A DNA stretch of 64,000 nucleotides from Eledone cirrhosa (GCA_964016885.1 OZ024741.1:317006001-317070000); one strand, 5' to 3'; counted from the stretch's first letter, positions 17,443-31,081 are shown. The notes: generated by a model from the sequence alone, not told the origin. Translations and numbers: made by a program.

Positions 17443-17444
17443 AA

Positions 17445-17484
<40 letters not shown>

Positions 17485-17670
17485 ACAAAAAAAAACATTG
17501 AAAACTGCTTTAAGCAAAACCAGTCAAGTACAAAAGTACATAAACTATTCTTTTGGGTGTAAAAAGAAATTGTTTCTGTTGAATACTATAAACGTAATAT
17601 CTTTATAAAAATACATTAGGTGCTTTTTCAAATCTTTATCATTTTTCCTATATATATGTGTGTGTATATA

Positions 17671-17861
17671 TAAGAAAAGAGTCAGGACCCCGATGGCTGA
17701 GCTCCAGCCGTTTCGGGAGCTAGATCCGTATTTAGATGCCGAAACGGCCGGAGCTCAGCCGTCGGGGTCCTGACTCTTTTCCTATTACCCACACTACTAC
17801 CCTAAGTATCGAGTACCCTGGTGCGTTATGGTTCACCTGGTTTCTTACCACATTTTCTTTG

Positions 17862-17863
<2 letters not shown>
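17671..17863 (+). mobile_element. Miniature fold-back element, family G (HHR 3' half)
   Basis: GAAA cggc cggagctca gccg TC ggggtcc preceded by its inverted copy; shared tail ccctaagtatcgagtac..gttatgg..cctggtt..ttaccaca. Confidence 0.8.
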
Positions 17864-17892
<29 letters not shown>

Positions 17893-17898
<6 letters not shown>

Positions 17899-18643
17899 TA
17901 AATGGAAACTATATTTATAAAACCATAATTATTTTATTATATATATTTCAAGGGTGACCAAATTATGGTGCGCTTTCATCAGATAAAATACAGATAAAAT
18001 ACAGATTTGTTTTATAAATAAATATTGACATACCCGGAAAAAGACAACCTCAACCTTGTATATGTAAATCTTTATATTTGATAATCTCCCATATGGTTGA
18101 GATGCAATTTAGGCAGTATTTGGCTGCGCTTTCTAGCAACAATCCCACTCGCCGCAAGGCACCAATCACATTCTTTCTGACTTGACCACTGCCACGTCAC
18201 AGTTCTTAGCCATTTTGAATTCGTTTCTGGCGGGGATCATTTTAGAAAAATTTTCGTCCAAGTGAGTTTGTTTCCTGATGATTTCGAAACTCGTGAATTT
18301 ATCCTTGATCGGATATTTCCAAAATGCAAATGAAACCTCATGGGGTAGAAACATTATTTTGGTATGCTTATGTACAATTTTTCTTCTAACTTTGATTTTA
18401 TACCTAATTGTGTATGGTTGACGATATATTTAATTGATTTCCACGTGCTATTAGAAATGCTGGGTAAATATTCTATAGTTGTTGATCGCGAATAGATAGC
18501 TGTAGTTTATTTATCTATTATTTCTTCATAGGTGCATTTTAATCTTATAGCCTTGTTTAATTGTTTTTTTATGTGGTTGATTATGCTGATTAGGAGAGGA
18601 GATGGTGTATATATTTTATCAAATGATTCTATGGATATACTTT

Positions 18644-18645
<2 letters not shown>
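17893..18645 (-). mobile_element. PLE-type 3' end with hammerhead at 17930-17990; upstream extent uncertain
   Basis: tattttat CTGATGA aagcgcacc..ggtcaccctt GAAA T-ATAT-A TA ataaaata; same family as 38093-38158. Confidence 0.7.
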
Positions 18646-18675
<30 letters not shown>

Positions 18676-18679
<4 letters not shown>

Positions 18680-18930
18680 ATTAAATAAATGGAAACTATA
18701 TTTATAAAACCATATTTATTCTATTATATATATTTCAAGGGTACAAACACTTTGGTACGCTCTTATTAGATAAAATACAAAGTTTGTTTTATAAATATTG
18801 ACATATCCAGGAACGAGATCCGAACATATATATAATAGAATAAATATGGTTTTATAAATATAGTCTCCATTTATTAATATCATTGATATTATACTCCAGA
18901 AAAGCTGTCGAGTGCTTCGAATCAGTTATA
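18676..18930. mobile_element. Fold-back copy of the same family with degenerate HHR (18717-18777 minus)
   Basis: Arms 18676-18733 / 18828-18882; core CTAATAA..GAAA TATATA TA. Confidence 0.72.
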
Positions 18931-19099
18931 AATATATATATATTTTTTTGAATTACAACAACTTAAATATTCCTTTGCTTATATATATATAATGCGATGA
19001 AATACCATGATCGTTTGGTAAATCACTGATGAGGGACTCATTTTATAACATGTTATCCATGTGCAACCAGCAGTATTCTTCTCACCCATATTTTTCATA

Positions 19100-19172
<73 letters not shown>

Positions 19173-19669
19173 GAGTATAGTTTCGTTTCAACAACGCATG
19201 AATACAATTACTCGATATATGAACTCTATAGATAATGAACACAACCACAAGGACATGGTCCGAACGTGGAAGAACCGAACTCTCACTGTCATCGCCTCCA
19301 TCTCTCGCGCCCTCCCCATCTCTCTGTATGGTGAGCAAATGGGGTCTCACGCGCTGGCCTCCCCACAGCCCCGGCGGACAGAATGGAAAATACATTTTCC
19401 CGGAGGATGGTAAGGGAGATGTGCTGGAAGAGCCATTCCAACATGCGAGGTTCACACCTGCGGCTAGCCAGCTCAGCGCCTATGGTGGTGAGTAGGAAGG
19501 TAGCCCTAGGGCCAAGGACACCAGAAGTCTCCACTCCCAAGGGCACGACCGCAAACCTGTCGGAGAATCTTGGCGAGATTCGAACTCAGAAGTTAACGAG
19601 CAAGAAGAAATGCCGCATTTTTTTCCTACTCTGTAACCATGCAGCCAATCACCGTACTTAACGGTTTAG

Positions 19670-19865
19670 GGTCAACAACTGTGGAGAAGTTGAAAATCGA
19701 TTATATAAACCGCAGTAATTGACAAGTACTTTATTTTATCGACCTAGTTGGGATGAAAGGCAAACATGACCTTTATAAGATTTGAACCTAGAACAGTAAA
19801 GAGATAGAACAAATCCTGCTGTGCATTTTAGCCGACGCCCAAACAATTCTCTGCATCCATCATTA
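19670..19865 (-). mobile_element. SINE family A, diverged
   Basis: gtactttattttatcgac..ggatgaaaggcaaa..gatttgaacc. Confidence 0.7.
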
Positions 19866-20396
19866 AAAAAAAAAAAAAAATTGGAATTAAAATGTAGCTT
19901 AAAATAACATGTTATGAATTTCCTTTTTTTAAAAATTCTATTTCGTTTGTTTTTAATAGTGTCCACGAATATTTTGATGAGAATTAATAAAAAGAACAGT
20001 TTTTAATGAATTTTACTGTTTATAATGAAACAAAATTGCAAACTACAATATAACATCAAACCATGTATTAAACTTTAACCCCCCCCCCCCCCCCCCCTAA
20101 AATTAAGAATTCGGGAAAATGGCAAGAGATAGTTTTGCACATATTACTGTAAATGATGAGGGTGTGTTTAATATCATATAACAATAGCACACTAGAAGTA
20201 AAATTAGTTAATTTCAGTAAAAAAAAATATGCAGGGGGTACTGTTTCACGTATTAATTTGAAGGATGGTATTGCGTTTGCTATCACATAACAATAATTTT
20301 ATATGTTAGGAGAAATAGAAGTTAATTTCAATACAAAAGGATGCCAAATATGTTTCATATAACGGCTTTTAATTTAGTCAGAAGGTTAGTAATATT

Positions 20397-20542
20397 GGGG
20401 AAGGAGAAAGTCGATTATGTGGACTCCAGTATTTGACTGGTAATTTATTTTATTGACCCAAGAATTAAAGTAAAGTACAAAAAGTATATGCTGTTAAGCA
20501 TTTGGCCCGACGCTCTAACGTTTCTGCCAGTCCAACATCCTT
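20397..20542 (-). mobile_element. SINE family A, internally deleted
   Basis: ccagtatttgactggta..tttattgacc..cgacgctctaacgtttctgcca. Confidence 0.6.
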
Positions 20543-21774
20543 AATGCTTTATATAATAATCTGAAGTATGGTGTTGCTTACTATCACACAACATGAAAAA
20601 CTAAAGTTAATTTTAGTCTAAAATCCTCCCCAATTCCAACCTTTATCTGTTATTTTTTCAAATAAAGCACATCATTTAATATAAAATGTATTAAATATAG
20701 GACTGCTTTATAATGTAAATCCAGGTACTCTTCTTAATATCCTTTAATTGTTTAGCAGAAAATATATCTAACAAAAATAACATAATTGTTAATTCAAATG
20801 TTTATTGTATCTTTACAAGTGGACGGATCGTTATATTAAAGTAAAGACTTCAATGTTTAATATGATGCAGCAAACAGAGTACTGTTGTGTACTTTTGAAG
20901 AATATCGTGGTTTTATGTGATTGAGTGTTAAGAATTAACTAAAAATTGATTTGGGAACCGTTCTAAAATATTTGTTCCAGAGGAGTGTCGGAGTTTCGCA
21001 TGGCAGTTCAATTAAGGAATCCCCTTCATGTTCCATTAAGTGTAATATGTCTTCATTTTCTTAGTTTTATAGTGGCTGGATCTTTAACCCACATTTTGTT
21101 GGCGTGGATTAAGGGTGGGGGATATTCTCTAAGATATTCTATTAGCCTCATAGTCGTGTTCTTCAACTGATGCAGAAAGGATTTGAAGAATATTTTGGAA
21201 CGTTTTTTTTTTAAGTTTAGCTTTTCCCCAACCGTTTAGTTACAGGGAAAAGGCAGTGCCTATGAGCCACTTCGGGACCACCAAGACTAGTGAGAAGAAG
21301 GGACTATGCCTATGACCTTTTCATGGCCTCTAAAACAGATGGGGGAAGTTATTCTCAAACCGGAGATCTGACACAAATACTTACAAGAGAGTTGATTCCG
21401 CTATTGTTACCCAAGAACTAGGTGGTAGTGTTAAACTTGGTGACAGATTAAGTCAAGAACCAGATAGGTGATAGATTAATTTTATCACCAAAGGGAGAGC
21501 AGGTGGCGTTAAACCGGGCGACGAATTAAGTCCAAATGAAATAAAATTTCTTTTTAGAACCTGTTGCTCTCACTAAGGTTATTTAATTGTTGCCTCCTCT
21601 TTCATGTGAACTTTTAAAATATATATATATATTTTTTTTTGTGTCTTGCGAATTAAAATCAAATTAAAGACATAAAATATGTCACGTAAGTAGCGTGAGA
21701 ACTAATCAAATTCCTAAAATCTATTTTTAAAGTCAAATATGACATCTTTTGTCGATAGAAGCTGTTGAACTGGA

Positions 21775-22245
21775 AATAATAAAACTTCTTTAATTAAAGG
21801 AAAATATATTTTAAAACGTTTCCTTTTAATAACTCTAGCGATTCCCAATGTAAAACATGTTCATACTCACTTTCTAATGCTTAATACTTTTCACAATACA
21901 AATAAAGATCTTGCTGTTTAATGGACGAGATTTTATATAATTTATAAAGCTAAAAAACTCTAGGAGAGTTGACTTCACAATAAGGACATAGGTTTCACAG
22001 CAAAAATTTGTTTGTGTACAATGTATCCATAAAGAGATTGGTCTTCTTTGGAACAATCCATTTTATAAACCAAACATTTGCTCTGTTCTGTCGCAATCCA
22101 ATCCAACACTTTACGGTCTATATTTTGTCTAACGTTAAAATCTTTCATGTTTTTAATCACATCTTCAGTCGTTATTTGTTTCTGAAAATGATTTACAAAA
22201 TATAAGATTTTCCTGATTGGGGCCTATATTTGACAAAATTTGAGC
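21775..22245 (-). pseudogene. hAT (Charlie/Buster-like) transposase remnant
   Basis: WIHC...FINYIKSRPLNSKIF...KGNVLKYIF resemble the hAT motifs WxHC, VNxIKSRPLNSRLF and SKGNVLKR. Confidence 0.65.
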
Positions 22246-22640
22246 ATACATAGCTGTTTGGTTAAGGAGTTGTCCTTTTAACCACGTGGTTTCGGGTTCA
22301 TTCTCACTGTGGGTAACCGTAGAAAGTAGAGTTTTCTCCCTTTTGATGTGATGCGGTTTCACATGGAAAAGGACGTTATGAGATTTACAGCCGTTTTTAA
22401 TTAAAACACATTTTTTTTTAAGACCGCGTATTTTCAAAACCACACGATCTAAAACTTTGTAACATTCAGGTATTCTATACAGAAATGATAAAGTCTCACA
22501 TTATTTTTTCCACATTTACATAATACAGTACACCTTCTATACTATTTTACTCCATAACTTAATAAATATTACCATCTCTATATTGCATACCACCACATAA
22601 TACCGTAAATCTGCTATACACCTTCGGATATTTTCTACAT

Positions 22641-22684
<44 letters not shown>

Positions 22685-22820
22685 GCGCGAAGAGAGCAGA
22701 GATATATTATTTATGTTCATACACGGAACAAAGCTGCTACCCAAGGTTTCAAGGCACTATATTAACCATATCTCTAGAATTTATGAGGGATCAAAATTGT
22801 GACCTATATATATATATATA

Positions 22821-23312
22821 TGAATGTGGCTGTAATGACCTACGTGCATGTAATTTTATGTTTTACGATGACCTCCCCTTCTCATTTGGGGACAGTGTGA
22901 AATTTCTTTTTGAAGGACTGCTGGACTTTCAAACTTAGCGGTCATTCTAGCACTGACGGGGACCATCGCTGAATTTAATATCAATGTATTTTTTTTTATA
23001 TTGATATTACTTGGGTATCCACTGATGAGTTATAAGAGCCCTCCTGCATGGATATCTATGGATTATATGCAAGCTTCTACATAACTTGGACATTATTTTC
23101 CCACCTTGTAGAAATCTTATAACGAAACGATCGTATGGAAAAAGAGATTTATTTAATTATGTCTAATATAAAATAATACAGCCGACTATCCATGAAATAC
23201 AATATAGTTAGCACCCCAAACACATAATTGGGATTATACTCAGATATATCCTAATGTTTGTTGAGTGAGATGGGAGTCGGTCGGAGTATCGCTGAAAGCT
23301 TTCTCTGCTAAT
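22821..23312 (+). mobile_element. Non-coding HHR-bearing PLE-type terminal fragment between (TA)n tracts
   Basis: Contains the HHR at 23018-23139. Confidence 0.7.
23018..23139 (+). ncRNA. Type I hammerhead ribozyme with large loop-2 insertion
   Basis: tcca CTGATGA gttataaga (about 77 nt) tcttataac GAAA C-GATC-G TA tgga. Confidence 0.88.
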
Positions 23313-23330
23313 ATATATATATATGTATAT

Positions 23331-23525
23331 CAATATTATGTGGTAAAAACCAGGTAGACCATAACCCACCAGAGTACTCGATACTTGGAGTAGTAGAGTG
23401 AGTAATATGAAAAGATTCAGGACCCCGACGGCTGAACTTCGGCCGTTTTGACAGCTAGATACGAACTATTCGGATCTAACTGTCGAAACGGCCGGAGCTC
23501 AGCCGCCGGGGTCCTGGATCTTTTC

Positions 23526-23529
<4 letters not shown>
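23331..23529 (-). mobile_element. Miniature fold-back element, family G
   Basis: Arms of about 60 bp around ctatt at about 23467; family G tail in reverse. Confidence 0.8.
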
Positions 23530-23587
<58 letters not shown>

Positions 23588-23960
23588 TGGTAAGTGAAGA
23601 CGAGGCTCATCAATTGAATTAGTTAAGCTACCAGAGAGAATCTGATTGGCCTACTGTCGTAATTGGCACAAATTAAAAGATCTTATCAAAATGTGATTAG
23701 GAAGATTTAGCTTTTGTATACAGTAGGTCAGCTGATTACATAGATGTTTGCCTTCCTACTTTCTGTTTGTCCTTATCTTAATGAGAGTCAGTTTAGTTTC
23801 TTTTAGGGTATTTTACTGTTATGGTCGAGCGAATATTTAGAAGTTTATCTTACTTATTTCTGTTGCTTATGTTAATGAGACGAAAGTGTACGAGCATTAG
23901 ACTGGTATGTAGAGTAAATCGAACGATTATTTAGAAGTGTCTATTATTTGATCTTTTAGT

Positions 23961-24030
23961 CCAGTGATTCTAAACCTTTATTACCAATGGGCCCCGTTGA
24001 ATCCTCTTTTACTCTGGTGGACCCCCGAAT
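23961..24030 (+). mobile_element. Possible hAT-type terminal fragment
   Basis: cagtgattctaaaccttt...tggacccc resembles hAT ends; no partner TIR seen. Confidence 0.35.
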
Positions 24031-24719
24031 TGAACATAAACTTTAGGAACTAAATTCTATGATAAATAAATATTCACTAGTAAAATAATTCATAACTATA
24101 CAAATTATGAAAAATATAAAGAATATCTTATATTTTCCAGTAACAAAATCAAAGGAAGAAAAGTGGCTTGCAAAATAAAACAATAGTTGTTCACAATCTA
24201 AACTATAATAAAGTAAGGAGCGCGGGACTGTGTCCAGAATATATTTTTTATCCCGTTTGTAAGATAAGTTGGATTACTTTGAATAAATAATGAATGAATA
24301 TTACATAGTTTATCTACTAAATTTCGTTATTCTTGATTAAATATAAATAATATTGTTGCTTATTTTAAGATTCCTTTTTTTAATTTTTCAAATGTCAACA
24401 CTTCCGGTTAGCGATCGCTTAAATAAACATTCATATATTTCCATCACTAATTTTCTCCTAATGCAGTTTATATATAATATCGTCTTTTTTTTATGTATCA
24501 TTGATTACGTTACTGATTACATAAGACAGTGTAACGCAGTTCGTTCAATTTCTGTGTATGTTGTCAATTACGATTTTATTTGATGTATCATATCTACATG
24601 CATATATACTTGCGTATAATACCAATATGCACACTACACATGCTAGCAGAAAACCACCCGAAGGGTGGTACTTCTGCTAGTACCAGTAATAATTTGTTAT
24701 CTCTCTCACTCTCTCTGAC

Positions 24720-25028
24720 TAGCTGTGCTTTCAAAATGTTGATTTATTAAACAAACCGTATATCTTTAGATATATTTTTAAGTTAAGCCAACTTATATAG
24801 TTTCATATGCAAATGAGGCTAAATCTATATTTTCGTTTGTTTCAAATTATGGCAGAGATCAACGAGAAGCACTGTCTCGATGAGAGCCACAGCTCGAAAT
24901 ACATAGACAGTTATCCTCCGCTGCTCTTGCTGGAATCCGCTAGACGGCGCTGGCCGTCAGCCGTTCAATTCATAGCTGAGCTTTCAAAATGTTTATTTAT
25001 TAAACATACCGTATATCTTTAGATATAC
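24720..25028 (+). mobile_element. About 310-bp non-coding element with 55-bp direct terminal repeats and an internal HHR-like motif (24871-24911)
   Basis: tagctg.gctttcaaaatgtt..atttattaaaca.accgtatatctttagatata occurs twice; actgtc TCGATGA gagc-caca-gctc GAAA tacata gacagt. Confidence 0.65.
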
Positions 25029-25086
25029 GAAATTCACATGCATGAATGTATACAGCTTTGCTGCAGATACATTTTAATAAATTTTA

Positions 25087-25172
<86 letters not shown>

Positions 25173-25539
25173 ATTTATACACACACAGGATGTTGATAAT
25201 TTCGACCGGCACTACAATTCTGTCTCCAGTTTATTTTCCCTAGGGAGTTTGGCTGTAGAACTAACTACCTTTTAGTACTACCACCACCACCGTTGTTTTA
25301 GCTTGATTAACGAGTCTGATGAGCAGATTGCGGCCGAAGTCGGGTCTATAACATAAATATGGGCCTTGAGGTAATCACCTAATCACCATTGAAAGTACGT
25401 AAATGGTCGATAATCAATAAAAGCATTAATGCGAAATTTTGTCTTGTTATATTTAATTTATACCTTTTACATTAGCCTGGAGTGCTTATATGGGTACCAC
25501 CTCCAGTAACCCACAAAATTATTGAATAAATCTATCTCT

Positions 25540-26108
25540 TTATACATACATACGTGTTGGCTGCAACTCGATTTCGAGTAATGCCATCGCTTGATACTTA
25601 AGCATGAGCAACACGCATGTGGCTTTTTAGTCCTGCTAGGGACTTGCCTATGGCCAGCAATATCATGCATCGCAAAAATGTCACATATCAAGCGATGCCT
25701 GTGCTTGAAGCCTTTTTAAGTGAGGAAAGGCTTTGCATGGGGCTAACCCCACTCTCTGAACATCGAATGCATTTACCCAAAAAGTGGAACTTGTCTACAT
25801 CATTGGATGCAAACGAAGTCGCAGGTTTTTTAACAGAGTGACTTTCTCCTGGAGAGATGTCTAAAATGAAGACTAGGAGTCTCTCGCTCAACAAACAAAA
25901 AAATAATAATACTTTATTGGATGGCCGTTGGCTCTCTTGAGTTCCTCTGCCCTTTGATGGGCTTTGTTTTTCATCACACAGGGTGTCCAAAATCACCCAC
26001 TCACCAAGCAAGCGTGGTGGGGTTGCCAGTTCATTCGCCGGCGACCCAGCCATGTTTAGGTTGTACTAGGTTACATGTTACCAGTAGCGCTGAAGAGCGA
26101 CCTGACAT
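25540..26108 (-). mobile_element. Short non-autonomous RTE derivative (putative 5' UTR joined to 3' end, TATG tail)
   Basis: 3' part encodes KSLAGLKSHMRVAHA* like the RTE at 58271-60625; 5' part matches 45354-45545. Confidence 0.75.
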
Positions 26109-26141
26109 GCATACAGATATACATACATACATACACTCACT

Positions 26142-26542
<401 letters not shown>

Positions 26543-26544
26543 TT

Positions 26545-27330
26545 ATGCTTTGGAAGGGTCATGTTGCCAATAAGAAACACACGCACCAGTTGATTTCACT
26601 CCAATTTATTATAAATTAAATTTATAAATTTAAGAATTTATAAATTATAAACTTCCGGTTGGTTGGTTGGTTCCACAACCAGACGATTGTTCATATATTG
26701 CCAAAGTTCTTTCGTCACACATTCTGTGACCTCTTCAGTGACTGGGGATTCTTTTCTTTGTTTTTGTGCCTCTCCTTTGTTCTGTCCTACGCCATCTTGT
26801 TTTTGTGTGTGTTGTGTGCTTAGTTTGCGCATGTGTTACATCCGGGTGTCTGAGTGTGTTTATATTTGTTTATTTATTTGTTTATTTACATGTTACTGTT
26901 TTGTTGTTTGTTCTATGTGTGTTGTTTGTTCTATGTTGTTGTTTGTTCTATGTTTTCATTTTGTCCTTAATTGTAAGTTGTGATGTTGCTATTCCATTCA
27001 TGTTTTCTATTTAATTTGGGTTGGAGTTCATTTATGTTTATTGCCTCTGTGATTTGTCTAAACATTGCGTCTTTTCTGTGTGTAGATTCTATTTTTATTT
27101 CTATGTTCTCTAATTTACCCTTATGTTCTATTTTAGCATGTTGGTGGAGTACAGATGATTCTTTACTATCTTGAAGCTCTCGCCAGTGTTCATTTATCCG
27201 TTCTCCTAGACTACGAGCTGTCTCACCTATGTACACTATATTCTTATCTCTAATACTACATTTCTAGTTTTACAGTTAATATGGGGGCTTAGTTTACGGA
27301 TTATACATTTGTTATCTATACAGGTTTTTG
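26545..27330 (-). mobile_element. PLE of a different clade: GIY-YIG C-terminus (26967-27236) with HHR-like motif 26698-26743
   Basis: YIGETARSLGERINEH...SVLHQHAKIEH...RQITEAININELQPKLNRKHEW; gtca CTGAAGA ggtcaca..tgtgac GAAA gaactt tggc. Confidence 0.85.
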
Positions 27331-27465
27331 AAAAGGGTATGTATTGCTAATAAGTGTTTTTTTAATATATATAAGGGTATGTATATATAAGGGTATATAT
27401 ATATAAGGGTATATATAAGGGTATATATATATATAAGGGTATGTATTGCTAATAAGTGTTTTTAT

Positions 27466-27575
<110 letters not shown>

Positions 27576-27607
27576 CGTCTATACGTGTTTCCACCTCATT
27601 ATTTCAT

Positions 27608-27752
27608 GGCAGTATCGGTAGAACGGGCCCTTTAAGTCCTGTGTTCAAATCCCGCCGAGATTAACTTTGCATTTTATCCTTACGGGTTCGATAAAATAAA
27701 GCACCAGTATCACACTGGGATAATTGCTGGCCTTGTGCCAACAGTAGAAACA
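27608..27752 (+). mobile_element. SINE family A (short variant) with 10-bp target-site duplication
   Basis: attatttcat at 27598-27607 and 27753-27762. Confidence 0.8.
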
Positions 27753-28215
27753 ATTATTTCATAATTAGCATATAATGCTAAAGCATCGCCAGGGTATTAA
27801 TTTAGGATTTGGATGATGAGAGTCCCAAAGAAACATAAGAATCATAGTCAATACAGTAAAGAAATTGAAGAGGATTTTAAAGATTTTTTTGAAAGTAATA
27901 CAGATAAAGTTATCTCAGTGACGTACAAACAAAGCCGTTACTTAATTGTGCCAAATAAGCCGGGATTTTTTTCAGCAATAAGAAACGAAAAGGTTTTTGA
28001 AGAGATGTTTTTAAATAGTGATATTTCTAACAGGAAAAGCATATGTGGAGTAGTTGATTAATAGTGTAGAAAAGTTTTGGTTTTTTAGGCAGCAAGCGAT
28101 TAGTTATAAATAATATCCCTTATGATTTGAATACACACATATATATATATATGTGTGTGTGTGTGTATTTCTCTCTTTACTGTGTTATAAGTATGTATAT
28201 ATATATATATATATA

Positions 28216-28764
28216 CAGGGTGGTCCAAAAAGATGTATCCATTTTTGATAAAGTTGCATTTTCTATTGAAAGGAAAACTTTACAATTCTCTTTTCATAGA
28301 CCTGTCTTACAGACAGGTAAGTTTTGTGTGGTGTAAGTTTTTTCCTCGCATACCACCATTTTGCGAGCACAGCTCAATGGTTTATAATGTGCTCGATCCA
28401 AGCTCCTTGGCACTGAATCATTGTGGCTACTCGCACATTGAAGTTTGTAATGACCCTGTCCAACAAAAGCGCATATTCTGTTTGTTCACGTGACCACTAA
28501 GGTGGAAATTTGCCTCGTCACTGAAAAAAATGAAGTCCAAGAAATCAGGATGGTCTTCAATTCGCTGACTGATGGTTTACCCAAAGACACGTCTCTCAGC
28601 CTTATTTGCATCAGTCTAAAGTTGTAAAATCTGTATCTTATACGGAAACAGGTGAAGATCCTGGTCCATTATGCGCATAATTGAACTCCTTGAAAGAAGC
28701 CTGGGTTAATTTTCTTAGAAATGATAGCGATAATAAAATGGATACATCTTTTTGGACCACCCTG
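28216..28764 (-). mobile_element. Internally deleted Tc1/mariner DNA transposon
   Basis: About 30-bp TIRs cagggtggtccaaaaagatgtatccatttt; TA flanks; minus strand HLFPYKIQIL..FIFFSDEANFHLSGHVNKQNMRF. Confidence 0.92.
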
Positions 28765-28768
28765 TATA

Positions 28769-28975
28769 TAGAAGTAGTAACACAACAGTTAGTTCACCAT
28801 ACCTGGAACAATTGTTTCACCTTATGCGGATCTTCAGCTCGGACAGATCCACATAAGTTGAAACAATTGTTCTCGGTATGGTGAACTAACTGTTGTGTTA
28901 CTACTTCTACCAAACTCGTCCCATGGACTGAGTGCTCTACCACTACGGATATTACCTTCCAGTGTTCTACCTCTC
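28769..28975 (+). mobile_element. Miniature fold-back element with HHR (28802-28842 minus)
   Basis: 65-bp arms 28769-28833 / 28845-28909; ccgag CTGAAGA tcc..ggt GAAA C-AATT-G TT; the other arm supplies ctcgg. Confidence 0.78.
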
Positions 28976-28983
28976 TCTCTCTC

Positions 28984-29088
<105 letters not shown>

Positions 29089-29146
29089 GTGTGTGTGTGT
29101 GTGTGTGCGTGCGTGTGTGTGTGCGTGTGTGTGTGCGTGCGTGTGT

Positions 29147-29370
29147 GTAAAAGGTAAACAGAAATAACAGCACAATCGGTACACTATATGGAAGGAATAT
29201 ATTAGGTTAACGCTTGAAATAGCAGGAAGAAGGTCTTAACGTTTCGGACGCTAGTGCTTCATCAGAAGAAAGAATGAGAAATTAGAAAGATTGAAGGGAT
29301 GAGCAGGGCGGAATCTAAAAAAATGTTTTTAGAGAAAAATAACAGGTCCATTGATGTTGACATCTCTTAC
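29147..29370 (-). mobile_element. PLE-type 3' end with minimal HHR (29234-29269); second copy at 50046-50295
   Basis: tctt CTGATGA agcactagcgtcc GAAACGTT aaga. Confidence 0.7.
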
Positions 29371-29411
29371 ATATATATATGTATATGTATATATATGTAT
29401 ATATGTATATA

Positions 29412-29552
29412 AAGACAGCCATCGATGACCTCCAGGATGTGCTTAAGATGTGTCACAGGAGCTGGTACGGCCATGTCAGGCTCAGTGAGGGCTGGATCAG
29501 CGAAGTGGTGAATGTCGAACCAGAAGGCAGCAGAGGCCCAGGAAGACCAAAA
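29412..29552 (+). pseudogene. RTE-like LINE C-terminal fragment
   Basis: [31 protein letters not shown]. Confidence 0.6.
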
Positions 29553-29633
29553 AGTGAGAAAGAAAGTGAGAGAAAGAAAGAGAGGGAGAGAGGGAGAAAA
29601 AAAGATATATATATATATAGAGAGAGAGAGAGC

Positions 29634-29683
<50 letters not shown>

Positions 29684-29733
29684 GTGTGTGTGTGTGCGCG
29701 AGTGTATGCGTGTTTGTGTGTGTGTTTGAATAT

Positions 29734-29965
29734 GCGCGGCTTAGTGATTAAGGTGTTCGACTCACGTTCGTGACTTCGATTTCTAGTGGCATGTTGTGTC
29801 CTTGAGAAAGACAATTTATTTCACGTCTTCCCAGTCGATTCAGCTAACATAGTTGTACCTTCAAAGGGCCGGACCTTTGTCACGTTCAATCTCCTTGAGA
29901 TTTACGCAAAGGCTACATATGCTTGCGGAATGCTCACGTTAATTTCACAAACAAGTTGTTACGTT
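29734..29965 (+). mobile_element. tRNA-derived SINE family B
   Basis: Colinear with 60941-61262; gtgtccttgagaaagaca core. Confidence 0.75.
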
Positions 29966-29970
29966 GTAAT

Positions 29971-30041
<71 letters not shown>

Positions 30042-30043
30042 CA

Positions 30044-30144
30044 CAGGGTGCCCCCGAAAAATGTATACATACTTCAATAGCATTCTAATAAATATTGTCT
30101 GAACAGGTAATCAAAGTGTGTATACATTTTTGGGGTACACCCTG
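30044..30144. mobile_element. Tc1/mariner-type MITE
   Basis: cagggtgcccccgaaaaatgtataca / tgtatacatttttggggtacaccctg. Confidence 0.8.
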
Positions 30145-30274
30145 TATATATAGTGTGTGAAAGAGAGATGTAGGTGTTCGTGATTCTGTGGTATATGTAC
30201 TATGTGCATCTGTGCTGCAGGCATATATGGTGTGCAACTGCTAATTTCACGAGCAACACCTTGCTTCTCTCTCT

Positions 30275-30330
<56 letters not shown>

Positions 30331-30530
30331 CCTCTCTCTCTCTCTCTCTCTCTCACTCTCTCTCTCTCTCCCTTTCTCTCTCTCTCATTCTTTCTTACTC
30401 ACTCGCTCATTCTCTACCATTCGTATACCTGCACTATAACGAGAAGACAAACAACTGCTATAGAAGCTACAATAACAGCAGCAATAACAGTCGTAGTGGC
30501 GGTGATGGCTGGGATAGTAGTAGCAGTAGC

Positions 30531-30593
<63 letters not shown>

Positions 30594-30773
30594 TGTGATG
30601 GATATAGTCGTGGTGATGGTGATGGTTAGGATGGTAGTAGTATTAGTGGTGGTTGTGATGGATATAGTAGTAGTACACTGGTAACAACAACAGAACAGAG
30701 CTATGTTTAGCTACAACAACGGGTCACTGTTAGGCCCCGGATGACAAATTGTGGAGAGAGATAGACAGATATG

Positions 30774-30817
<44 letters not shown>

Positions 30818-30905
30818 GCTTCTTGCTCACAGTGTTATATTATGGAATACTGTTGGCTTCTTGCTCACAATAATTTCTATACTTTTCATTTATATATATA
30901 TATAT

Positions 30906-31081
30906 ATGAAAAATTCGGGACCCCGACGACTGAGCTCCTGCCGTCTCAACGTTCGGATCTAGCTGCTGAAAGGTCCGGTGCTCAGCCGTCAGAGTCCCGA
31001 ATTTTTCATTTAACCCACTCTACTACCCTAAGTATCAAGTACTCTCCTGAGTAATGGTCTAACGGATGTTACCCCTTCCAT

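Noticed and set aside
18995-19045. CTGATGAG near a GAAA and hairpin
   Set aside because: Cannot build stems I and II with an NUH site.
25314-25350. CTGATGAG motif
   Set aside because: No GAAA or stem II.
27813-28061. 82-aa non-repetitive ORF
   Set aside because: No recognisable motif or supported exon structure.
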